Part shown: positions 8,601 to 18,969 of the stretch, piece by piece
Numbering within the stretch: position 1 is the stretch's first letter
Layout: every line of letters starts with the position of its first letter
IMG/VR virus record: IMGVR_UViG_3300029705_000009
DNA length: 64,000 bases
Strand: one strand, 5' to 3'
From: a virus
Lineage: Duplodnaviria > Caudoviricetes
Translations under genes and position numbers: made by a program
Notes under the pieces: generated by a model
Told to the model about the DNA's origin: nothing
What the model saw: the letters and a program-made list of their open reading frames with translations, nothing else
The model's database searches: none

Positions 8601-10893
8601 TAAGGAGACAATATGAATACAACATATCACAAAAAAGAAATAGAAATTGCCGGAGAGAAAATCACAGCAGAATATTTTGAGAGCGGCCTCAATTTCTCTC
8701 CTACTAAACGCAGCAAACTCTCAGAATTATGGGACACCATTACTCTCCCATTCTACAGACTCAGATGGAAAATCAGAGATATTCGTAGAAAAATTCGTTA
8801 CGGAATTCAAAGAATGCAGAAAGATTATGATGACACAGATATCTTTGCACCGTGCGACAAATTTATTGAACGCTATACAAAAATCCTAAAGGAATTCAAG
8901 GAAAACCTTAATAGTCATCCTTGTCATATGACAAGTGAAGAATGGATCGCAATCATTGATCAGATGCTCTTCCACTTGTACTACATGGACGAGAATAACG
9001 TAGATAAGGAACTTAGTAAAGATGTGCCGGAATCATGGATTCCCTGCGGTAAAGCTTCCGATCAGATTATGCTGAAGCACAAAGATGAATTCTTCAAGCT
9101 GTTTTCGGAACACTTTTATGATTTATGGGATTGATTTAGGAGATATGGGTATGAAATATAAAGCCACAGATGCAACTACAAATGAATACAAAACTGCTTA
9201 TAGAAACATAGATGATTATGTTAAAGAAATGAGAGAATCAACACCAGAAGAAAGAAAAAGTATTCAAGAATATATAGACAAGATATCTGTTCCAACAGGA
9301 GTTAATTTCTATGATTTTATTGGTGTAGAATCTTCGCCATGTGATAACTGCACAAATAATCCTAAGAATGGAGGCAGTGGAATTTGTCATTGTACATTGG
9401 GAGCACCAGTGATTTATTAGGTAATAAAAATAAAATTTGCGAGGTAGTAGCTATGGATGATTATAATAAAAATCTTGAATACATTGAATCATTGAAAACA
9501 TTTATGGGTGGGAATAATGAAGATGTTCCGCTACATGGCGTGACTTTAGATGACATGAAGCATATTGTAGAAAGATGCAGAGAGTTTAATCTTCCACAAC
9601 CAGAGATCTTTCCGTGGGTTGGTGGTAATGGTGTTCAAGCTGAATGGGAATATGATTGGTATTTAGAAATTGATAGCTGCGACAAAGGAATAAGTGTTTT
9701 GTTTGTAAAAGGCAAAGACTATGACAATGCCATAAGTTGTAGATTATATGATATTGAGGATGCTTTTATGATGGTAAAAACATTTATTAATAATGTTGTA
9801 GATATTAAAGGCACAAGAAAAGAATAAGATTTTAAGAGGAAAAACATGATTTTATTAAAAGTAATTGGAATAGCGATATTTTCAAGTTTGGTAGTTGCAT
9901 TGTCGGTAATTATATTTCCTGATTTTGTTTATAATCATATAAAAAATAAAAAGGTAGAAAATTTTTTAGAACATGATTTGGTCAAGGCATATTGGATATT
10001 GCTGACTATAGTTGTTGATACATTATTAATACTGGGATTTATTAATCTTATTTGTTAACTAGGAGGCAATATGTTAATTAGAAGCCAAGATAGAAAGAAA
10101 ATTTACAATACTGATACAATGAGCAGTATTTGGATTAATCGAAATTGTATTTACATATCAGCATGTGGAGATGATACAGATTTGCTTGGATCATACTCCA
10201 CAGAAGAAAAAGCACTCAAAGTATTAGACATGATCGAAGAAAGAACCAACGAACCTATTTACATTAATGATGAAGGCGGCGGCGAATATGCGAAGTACTT
10301 CCACTCTTCTTTCCATATGCCGCAGGATGATGAGGTGGAATTAAAATGACAATGAAGCAGACAAGAGAACAATTTTTGTTAGCTTTAAATTCTAATGCTT
10401 ATATTGGCATGTGTACTACAGAAGACATGAAAAATGTTATCAAAGCATTAGACAAACAGATTCCAAAGAAACCGAAAGTTCAAGTAAGAGGAGTTTATAA
10501 TGATGATTCGGGCGACTGGGTGTGTGATGAAGAATGGTATATGTGTCCATCTTGCCAGATGCGGAATGAAGTATATCCAACATGGAAATTATGTCATCAT
10601 TGTGGGCAGATGTTAGACTGGCTTGAAATGAGAACATTAAAATATTGAGAGGATAAAAAATGAGTATTTTTACATTTTTGATGACTATTATTATAAGCAC
10701 TGGTGTAACGGCAATATTGGGTGATATGACAAAATCTGAAGGATTGGAATTTCTTAATCCAATATGGTTGTACGAAAAATATAAAGTCAATTGGTTTGGA
10801 GCCGGATTTCTTGGCATTTTACTTACTATATTAACACTGCCATATTCGATTTTCTATTGGATCTATAAACTTTGTACAGTCGGAAGAAAATAA
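5605..10893 (+). other. Run of small accessory ORFs, many Cys-rich or membrane: 5605..5946, 5985..6278, 6417..6743 (multi-TM), 6772..7065, 7482..7736, 7765..8001, 8014..8322, 8319..8603, 8613..9134, 9151..9420, 9453..9827, 9846..10058, 10071..10349, 10346..10648, 10660..10893
   Basis: Tightly packed + strand ORFs, most with their own RBS. CxxC motifs or TM segments in many. Confidence 0.8.
7068..7469 (+). CDS. YopX-family protein
   Basis: MNREILFKGKRLDNGQWVEG...CQFTGMTDKNGTKIWEHDII...EVIGNVFDNPELL matches the YopX signature. Confidence 0.9.
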   Translation: MNREILFKGKRLDNGQWVEGNYGFFKSVNGNEKMHHITTEDGKAIRIDSSTLCQFTGMTDKNGTKIWEHDIITLNEDVKKTFDVDDGEVRYGWGGFYIKEFSTLNSLNTLASYDCILRGEVIGNVFDNPELLT

Positions 10894-13800
10894 TATGTTT
10901 TAAGAGGTGTGGTAATGAATAAATGTGACTTTTGTACAAAATCATCTCCAGATGGAAAATGTTATTGGGTTTCACAAGGAAGCCGTGAAGATGATTGTGA
11001 AAAAGCCATTCAGAGAATGATTGAAGTTTTGAAAAATATAGGTTGTAATCAAATGAAATTTAAGGAGTAAAGTATGAAACCAGTATATAAATGTGACTAC
11101 TGTTCTAAGATGGGAACAGAGGAAGAAATTAGAGAACACGAGCTTACCTGTATGGATAACTATGATAGAAAAAGTTGTTATACTTGCCAACATAGGGGCA
11201 AGATAAATATGGTAAACAAGCTTGTAAAATATGAGTGTGCTAAAGAAATTGATATTCCGGAAGGAAAGATTTTTGAATTTTGCCAATCGTATGAAAGAAA
11301 AGACAAATCCAATGGTCTGTATGATGATCTTATGACTGGTCTTTTTGGAAGATTTTAAGAGGTGAGATATGGGTGTGGATATTTATGGTAAGCATTTTAT
11401 TTGCAAAAATCAAATGAAATTTGAAGATTTAAAGAACGGACAAGTATTTTGTTTTGTAGATGATATCTCTGAAGATTCTAGTGAGATTAAAATTTATATG
11501 CGTGGTGGTCATACAACCACAGATGGTACAGCTATGGATCTTGAAACTGGAATTATGTATTCATTTGATGAAAAAAGTTATGTAAAGATTTTAGACGTAA
11601 CACTTAATATTAGAAGCGTGATATGTTGAAAATAAAATTTTAAGAGGTAAACATATGGAAGATTTAATAAGAGAACTTGATTTGTTATTGAAGAAATATG
11701 GAATCTCGTTCAATGAAGCAATGAGAATTTATGAAAGAAATAAAATATGTACAAAACGATTAACTCAATGTTACGAGGATGATGAAAAAGTATGGCAGTA
11801 CTATGACAAAGAGAACAATCCTTGTGGATGTGGTAGCAATTGTTTTCACTTTGAATATGACAGAATTGACAATGTTATATATGGAGTATGCAATTGTTGT
11901 AATACAGATATTTATATAATTAAAGATGAGTATGTTGAAGAGAAATTACATACTGGAAAATGGTTGAGTGAATGCTACTTTTAAGAGGTTGATTGTTATG
12001 AAAGTTGAAGACTTAATTGTATCAGCAGAAGAAGTTGCTACTGGTAAAAGATTAATTGGATATGTATGTGGTTGTAAATCATGTCAGACAGCATGGGAAA
12101 GCGAAAAGTACGATAAGACAAGACCTCTTGGATTATTGACTTCTCCAGATGGTCAGTTTGGAAATGTAAGAGTGTATACGGATAATATGGAGTTTGTGAA
12201 CAGATAAAACGTATTTTAAGAGGTGATTATATGGCAAAAGGCAAGCCAAGATGGTATCCGGACAAACCTCAAAACAAAAGGGGTGCATACTGTCCAAGAT
12301 ACGAAGAACATAAAAATGGAATTAGCTATTGTGAACAAGGTAATGCCAGAGATGCTTATGTGTGCAAAGGTAATCCACATAATTGTGTAAAAACAAAATA
12401 TCATAGGGCGGCAAGTAGAAGTAATAAACAGATAAACAATGATGTGTAAAAATAAACTTTTAAGAGGTAATAAAATGATCATTATCAAACCGATTGTTAG
12501 TATTATATTGTTGATTCCATATATTTTATTCTTTGGTGCGTTTAGTTTGGGTGTTGATTTCCCAGATAATACAAGTATTTATTACAATGGTTGGCTTATA
12601 TAACATAAAAATTAAATTTAAGAGGTAATAAATGGGTAGATATATTGAAATAGATGGTCGCAGCTACTACTCTCCTTGCAGTGATTGTAAAGATAGATGG
12701 TGTTATTCATGTGTGATCAATAAATATAAAGAGGATTTGGAATCAGAACGAGATAAACGCGGCCATGCTGAATGGCGTATTGAACAAGAACTTGAACCTC
12801 GTATCAAAGCAGAGAAAGCCAGTTATGATAGATGGGTATCTACAGATACCGGTGCCGAAGCATGCTACTGCTTCTCTTCTTTACTTGATGAACTGATTGA
12901 TTTTGTTGAAAATCCAGATAATGAAAAATATATGGACTGGGAAGATGCAGCTGGTGACTTGGAGCAGAAAATTCTTTATCTGATTAAGAATAAAGTTGAT
13001 GATGACTTGTATTGTATAGCAGATAAGAGTTAGGAGGTGGATATATATGGAATATAGAAGTGGCCAATTGTTGTATGTGTGCAAAACAGATAGCGATTTG
13101 AGAGATGGGCTTTTCGTTCTTTACAGAGATAAATATGAGGGAGATGTGGATTTGAGTTATCACGGAAGTCCTTGGTATGAAACCTTTATTGTTTGTGAAT
13201 ATCTCGATAGTCGTGACAGAGTTGAATTTGGTGATCAGACATGGTGTTGGCGTCCTGCTAATGAGTATATTAAGACTATGCAAAACAAATTAAGAGAGAT
13301 TAAGAATATAGCTAATATATAAAATGCTAATTATATATGCCGAAAAAGGGTTAACAGTAGGCGCTATCCAAACCAGTAACCCTGCGACCATAAATGGGCA
13401 ACACCCAGTGCTGTAAGAGCATGTACGCTGTTAGGGATAGCATATGAAAACACACTTTCTGGAGGTGCTTTATGAAAGACAAAGAAACAATAATGAAAGC
13501 TTTATCAGCGTGTAGTGAGTTTTATTGCTGTGAGTGTCCTTATCAGTATCTTGATGATAAAGAATATAGTTTGAGATGTATTCATACTCTTATTGAAGAT
13601 GTAAATGAAATGTTAAAAGAAAGCAAATAAAAATAAATTATAAGTGATGGTGATTAATATAAAAATAAAGAAATTATTGTGTAGATTTGCAAATTGGATA
13701 TTAAGACAATGCGTAGAGCCTACAATAGCGTTTGAAGAAGATTTATATATCAATGGTAAAACTTATAAATTAGTTCAAGCAACCACAGAAATGTCACCTT

Positions 13801-16275
13801 ATTCTCATGTGACTATTCATTTTGAAGTTATTAGTGGCAAATACAAATAGAGTTTTAAGGGGTAAATTATGAAATACAGATACGAATTTGAAGGAGACGA
13901 ATATATTGTCAAAGGTTTTTGTAGTGATTGTCCACTTAGTTATGTAGATTATGACGGATATGGTGGTCACGAAATTTGTTGTGTCTTACATGCAAGATAT
14001 GATGAATGCCCATTGGTAGAAGTAACAGATTAAAAATAGAGTTTTTAAGGTGGGGTTAAAAATGCATATTTCAAGCAATAAACATATTGGATCTTACGCT
14101 GGTGGTACATACGAATATCTTGAAATCAAAGAATATAAAGAATGTTGCTGCTGTAGGCACTTTTCTGATAATTGGCATGAAGAACGCTTTGAGTGTTTGA
14201 ATGTTAATAGAAAAGACGATGGCGATTGTTATGAAGATTTTTAAGAGGTGATATTGTGGATGTATTAGGTAGAAAAATTGTATTAACACGCAAACCACAT
14301 ATATGTTTTGGGTGTGGTAGAGAATTTTCAAAGGGTACAAATATGGAGAGGTCTTGTGTTGTTGATGGTGGAGATATGTGGACTTGTTATCTGTGTCCGA
14401 CATGTATTGATATCGTTAGTGCAATGAGATATGATGACGAATTTGGTTACGGAGATTTAAGAGAAGAAGCATTAGAAAGAGAAAATAATAGCGAATAAAA
14501 CAAACTTTTAAGAGGTGAAAAATGGAAGTATCTAAGATTTATTCAATGATTTATGATAGTAAAAAATATGGCAACGATGGTTACGGTGATTACTTGGGCG
14601 AATTTAAAATAGTTAAGCAACTCAGAGAAGATGCTTATGTAGATGATTTCATTGGTGTTAATACTGAAACTGATGAAGTGTGTTTTGTGCTTTCAAGAGA
14701 GGTATGCGGATATGGTGGCGGTATTGCTTATCAGGTTATTCCCATTCCAGAGTTAACATTGAAGCAATAAAAACAAAATTGTTAGTGGTGAGGTAAATTA
14801 TGAGTAGAGGTGTACTTAGAGACGGATCTAGCGTATATAAAGAAATAAGAGAAAAACGTGTTGAGGATGTAATAATTAGAGCATCTAATAAAGCAGGTAT
14901 TACTAAGAGCGATTTATCTGATGCCTTTAAAGAAAAAGGATTTTTAGGTGTTTACAATCTTGGCATGATGCATATGTATGAGTATTTGAAAGGGGAAAAA
15001 GTGTAATGAATATTATTGAAAAACACATAATTGGAGAACTTTATAACAACATACTAACCAAAGGAGAATATCCTAAATTTGGTTCACCGGAATGTAATTG
15101 TAATAAATGTATGTTTTACAATGTTACATGTCCTCCATCTCCACATCGTGCTGGATGTTTTCACGGATGGAAAAAAGAAGAAAGTTAAGAGGTTGAAAAT
15201 GCGAGAACCAATTTATAGTAAGCAAGGTGAAGAGTTAAAAAGCACTATTTCAAATTTAATTTCTAGCCATAACACTTTATGTTCTATTGAAGAAGCATTT
15301 CAGGAAAACAAATATGCCAAACAATATTTTGAAGATGCAAGGCAAAAAGTTTTAGAGTCTGGTAATCAAAGTTTGGCAGCTATGTATGCTATTGCAATAG
15401 AAAATATGTCTAAATTTATTGAAGACAGTCAAGAGGTGGATTATGAAGTGTCCGAATTGTGGCAGTAATAAAATATTTAATTGTATCAATAGTCTTGCAT
15501 ATGCTCGTCTAAGATATTTCGAATGTGTAGAATGTGGCCATCAAAGTAGAAAAATAAAGATTGAAAAATTTACATGTGTCAATCATAAATCTGAATGGGA
15601 AATTGAATTAGAAGAATTAGAAAAAGAATGGGAATGGAGTTAAGAGATAAAATATGGCAAAAGTTACATTAAAAGATATTAAAATCCCAAATACTTGCGG
15701 AGAATGTAATTTTATTGGACGTTATGAAACTGGTCTATACGCTCGTAATCCACATTGTTGTTGTGAGTTGATGTGGGGTTTAAAAGAGGAAGACTATAAA
15801 GTTGATAAGAATTCACTTGATGAAAATTGTCCTCTAAAGGTTTTATTAGGTGCGAATAAATCCTGGTACGAAAAGACAGACTTATCTTCTATTGTTCGCA
15901 TTTCATTAAGCGATGATTTCATAGTTGACTACGACAAATCCAGAGGAATGTACAGAGTAAGCGTCTTTGATGACGGTCACTTCTGGGACGAGTTCTGGTT
16001 TGATGCTTATGAGGAGAAGGAAGTAGAAAATATATATCTAGTCTATGGCAATATAGAAGAAAGTGGAGATACTGATTCTTGGGTTGAAGCTATTTTCGAC
16101 AATAAAGAACAGGCGTTGTCTTGTGCAGAATATCTTAATTTAATAAAAAATCAAGAGAATGTAAGCTACTATGCATCTGGTTACGATTGGCATATGAACA
16201 AGATGGATTATGTAGAAGAACTGAAGAAGTTAAAAGATGGTAAATAAAAATTATATTTAAAGTTGAGGTTACATA
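9820..16275 (+). repeat. Dispersed gene-junction repeat (A)AAAA-N5/6-TTTTAAGAGGT
   Basis: Exact TTTTAAGAGG at 9830, 10898, 11353, 11638, 11979, 12214, 12458, 14239, 14506. Variants at 12617, 13853, 14043, 15185, ~16256. Confidence 0.85.
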
Positions 16276-16676
16276 TGCAGATATTAGCAGAAACAGAATA
16301 CCAGGATCTATACAGAGTAACAGATGGAGTACTTCTTGTAGTAAATAAATTCACTCCTATCTTCTATCCTCATATGGATAGACCTATATATTTATATTCT
16401 AATAAAGTAAAGACCGGCAAATATCATAAAGAATGCCAAGATGGATTAAGGGTATTAAAGGGTCAATGTGAGTATTCATATGCAGGAACAACAATAACAA
16501 TTCCTAAAGGAACCGTTACATATCACACTGTGCCGGTAGAACCAACAACTAACAAACCAGACTGGCAATATCAGATAAAGACAACCGGTGAATTATTTAG
16601 TGGAGATGCTGATCTAATGGATCGTTGGCTGAGTGATATCCTTTATAGGATTAGACAAGATGGTTGTAGAAAGTAA
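10915..16676 (+). other. Cassette-like run of small ORFs: 10915..11070, 11074..11358, 11369..11629, 11655..11984, 11998..12207, 12231..12449, 12475..12603, 12632..13033, 13047..13322, 13472..13630, 13644..13850, 13869..14033, 14062..14244, 14256..14498, 14522..14770, 14800..15006, 15006..15188, 15199..15468, 15443..15643, 15654..16247, 16275..16676
   Basis: ORF track plus four sub-60-aa ORFs read by hand. Mostly Cys-rich Zn-binding-type hypotheticals, most preceded by a GAGGT RBS. Confidence 0.8.
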
Positions 16677-16690
16677 AGAGGAAATAGAAA

Positions 16691-17080
16691 ATGCTTATTA
16701 AATTGATTATTTTAGCAGCAATGCTCTTCTGTCATGTTGTAGATGATTACTATTTGCAAGGAATACTTGCATCTATGAAACAAAAGAACTGGTGGTCTAA
16801 AAATGCACCGGATCCGTTATATAAAAAAGATTACATAATGGCACTATTTATGCATAGCTTTAGTTGGGCATTTATGATTATGCTACCGATTTTAGCATAT
16901 GATTTCTACTCTTCTACTTTATGGAAGTTTTATCCTGATTTTTTGATTGTGAACTGTATAATCCATATGGCAGTGGATAATCTAAAGGCAAACATGCTAA
17001 AGATTAATTTAATACAGGATCAGAGCATACACATGCTTCAGATATTCGTAACTTGGTTGATTTGGTGTTGTAAGGCTTGA
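16691..17080 (+). CDS. DUF3307-like membrane protein
   Basis: H(V)VDDYYLQ...HS...IHMAVDNLK...DQSIH His-rich TM pattern. Confidence 0.75.
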   Translation: MLIKLIILAAMLFCHVVDDYYLQGILASMKQKNWWSKNAPDPLYKKDYIMALFMHSFSWAFMIMLPILAYDFYSSTLWKFYPDFLIVNCIIHMAVDNLKANMLKINLIQDQSIHMLQIFVTWLIWCCKA

Positions 17081-17088
17081 GGAGTTCT

Positions 17089-17511
17089 ATGACTAAATTA
17101 GAAAAGATAGATTTATTCCTACAAAAAGAAATTCAAAAGCAGCCTAAGACTTCTTTATTAAGAGAATTGTACGATCGAAAGAATTTTAAAAATGAAGAAC
17201 TGCTTTATTTATTTCCAAATAACAAACTGAAACGTAATGGATTGCCAATGAAGAAAGGTGGTTCAAAAAAGAAGAAAAAAATTAGACGAATGCTCCGTGA
17301 TCAACGTCTTTTCAATATTTTTGAAGATATTGTTGATGATGTTTTAACAAGCAAAATGAAATCTAATAAGTTCTTTACTGAGTTTGTTGATATAAAAAAC
17401 ATACATATAGGACAACAAAATGAGTGGCGTCCTAAATGCGATTTTGAGAGAATCACTAGATGGAGAACATTCGATGGAAATTGGAGGACATTAAATGAGA
17501 ACACTAATTAA
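17089..17511 (+). CDS. Basic protein containing a segment homologous to the major capsid protein
   Basis: LFNIFEDIVDDVLTSKMKSNKFFTEFVDIKNIHIGQQNEW aligns with capsid FFDVIEEITDWTVSTGLKENEWFNVLVNYRNLADGDENLF. Confidence 0.65.
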   Translation: MTKLEKIDLFLQKEIQKQPKTSLLRELYDRKNFKNEELLYLFPNNKLKRNGLPMKKGGSKKKKKIRRMLRDQRLFNIFEDIVDDVLTSKMKSNKFFTEFVDIKNIHIGQQNEWRPKCDFERITRWRTFDGNWRTLNENTN

Positions 17512-17707
17512 TTACATACGTTCCTGCTTCTGTAAGCATGAGTGGCAATGTCTAATAGAAAAATGTCCTGTATATGCTTCTGAACATGAAAATCCAATTA
17601 GATACATATGGGTCTACAGATGTGTGAAATGTGGATGTGAAGGAAAAGTAACAGTGATTAAAGGAGGATACAACAATGAGAATGGCATTAACAGGTCATC
17701 GACCTGA
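17495..17707 (+). CDS. Small Zn-ribbon protein
   Basis: FCKHEW...YRCVKCG motif. Confidence 0.7.
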   Translation: MRTLINYIRSCFCKHEWQCLIEKCPVYASEHENPIRYIWVYRCVKCGCEGKVTVIKGGYNNENGINRSST

Positions 17708-18176
17708 AAGATTGGGATATCCGGAATTAGACTTTTGCACTACTTCTGAGTGGAGAAAAATTATTGATTGGTTAAAAGAAAAAATATTAGAGATTGGTAT
17801 AACGGACGCTTATTGTGGTATGGCAAGCGGATGTGATATTGCGTATGGTATTGCTGTATTAGAACTTAATGATGAAGCATCTTTATACAAAATTAACAGA
17901 CCAAAAATTAAATTACATTGTATCTTGCCTTGTAAAAATTATAATAGCAAGATTAAATGGCATAGAATCCTAAAAGCTTGTGCTGATGAATGGAATGAGT
18001 TATCTGAAGAATTTTATAAGGGTTGTGACAATGTTCGTGATCAATATATGGTGGATCATAGTGATAAAATATTTGCAATTTGGGATGGTAATAAATCTGG
18101 TGGAGTTTGGTCTACTATAAGGAAAGCTCAAAAAAGAGGTTTTGATGTTGTGTATTATCCCAAAGAAAAATTATAA
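17676..18176 (+). CDS. SLOG-superfamily (YspA/DUF1273-like) protein
   Basis: ALTGHRP...GMASGCD...RDQYMVDHSD...WDG...GG..STI motifs. Confidence 0.8.
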   Translation: MRMALTGHRPERLGYPELDFCTTSEWRKIIDWLKEKILEIGITDAYCGMASGCDIAYGIAVLELNDEASLYKINRPKIKLHCILPCKNYNSKIKWHRILKACADEWNELSEEFYKGCDNVRDQYMVDHSDKIFAIWDGNKSGGVWSTIRKAQKRGFDVVYYPKEKL

Positions 18177-18191
18177 TAGGAGAATTTCTGT

Positions 18192-18959
18192 ATGAGTATT
18201 TATGTAACCGGCGACACACATGGAAATCTTACTCGCTTCTCTATAGATAGTTTCTATGAGCAAAAAGAAATGACTAACCAGGAAGATAATTATATGATTG
18301 TCCTCGGAGACTTTGGTAGAGTTTGGGATCAAGAAGAAAGTAAAGACGAAAAATGGTGGATTAATTGGCTGGAAAACAAACCTTTTTATACTCTTTTCGT
18401 TGATGGAAACCACGAGAACTTTGATAGACTGTATCAATATCCTGTAAAGGAATGGCATGGCGGTCTAGTCCACGAGATTCGTCCACATGTGCTGCACTTA
18501 ATGAGAGGACAAGTCTTTAATATTGAAGAACTTCTCTTCTTCACCTTCGGTGGGGCATCTTCTCATGATATTCATGATGGCATTTTAGATTGCGAAGATC
18601 CTAACTGGAAAGAAAAAGCAAAAGCTTTGGATAAGCAAGGCAAATATATGTACCGTATTAAAGGTTTATCATGGTGGCCTCAGGAGTTACCTACCGAGGA
18701 AGAGATGCAAACCGGTATTGATAACCTGACAAAGCATAATAACAAAGTAGACTTTATACTCTCCCACTCGCCTTCCACTTCTGAATTGTATTTAATGGGC
18801 GGCAAAGGATTGTATGAACCAGATATGCTTACAAATTACCTGGAAGAGATCAAAGCAACAACTGAATATAAGAGACACTTGTTCGCGCATATGCATGTGA
18901 ACAAAGCAATCAATGACAGAGATATTTGCTTGTATGAGCAGATTATTAGGATTAATTAA
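18192..18959 (+). CDS. Calcineurin-like metallophosphoesterase
   Basis: GDTHG, GDFG, DGNHEN, ILSH and AHMH motifs. Confidence 0.9.
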   Translation: MSIYVTGDTHGNLTRFSIDSFYEQKEMTNQEDNYMIVLGDFGRVWDQEESKDEKWWINWLENKPFYTLFVDGNHENFDRLYQYPVKEWHGGLVHEIRPHVLHLMRGQVFNIEELLFFTFGGASSHDIHDGILDCEDPNWKEKAKALDKQGKYMYRIKGLSWWPQELPTEEEMQTGIDNLTKHNNKVDFILSHSPSTSELYLMGGKGLYEPDMLTNYLEEIKATTEYKRHLFAHMHVNKAINDRDICLYEQIIRIN

Positions 18960-18969
18960 GGAGAAAACA

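Noticed and set aside
13400-13446. Group II intron domain V remnant (GCATGTACG)
   Set aside because: The lower D5 stem and catalytic triad do not pair properly, and no RT or maturase is nearby.
9820-16275. CRISPR-array interpretation of the junction repeat
   Set aside because: The repeat is short and degenerate, and the intervening segments are whole genes of variable length. No cas genes are present.
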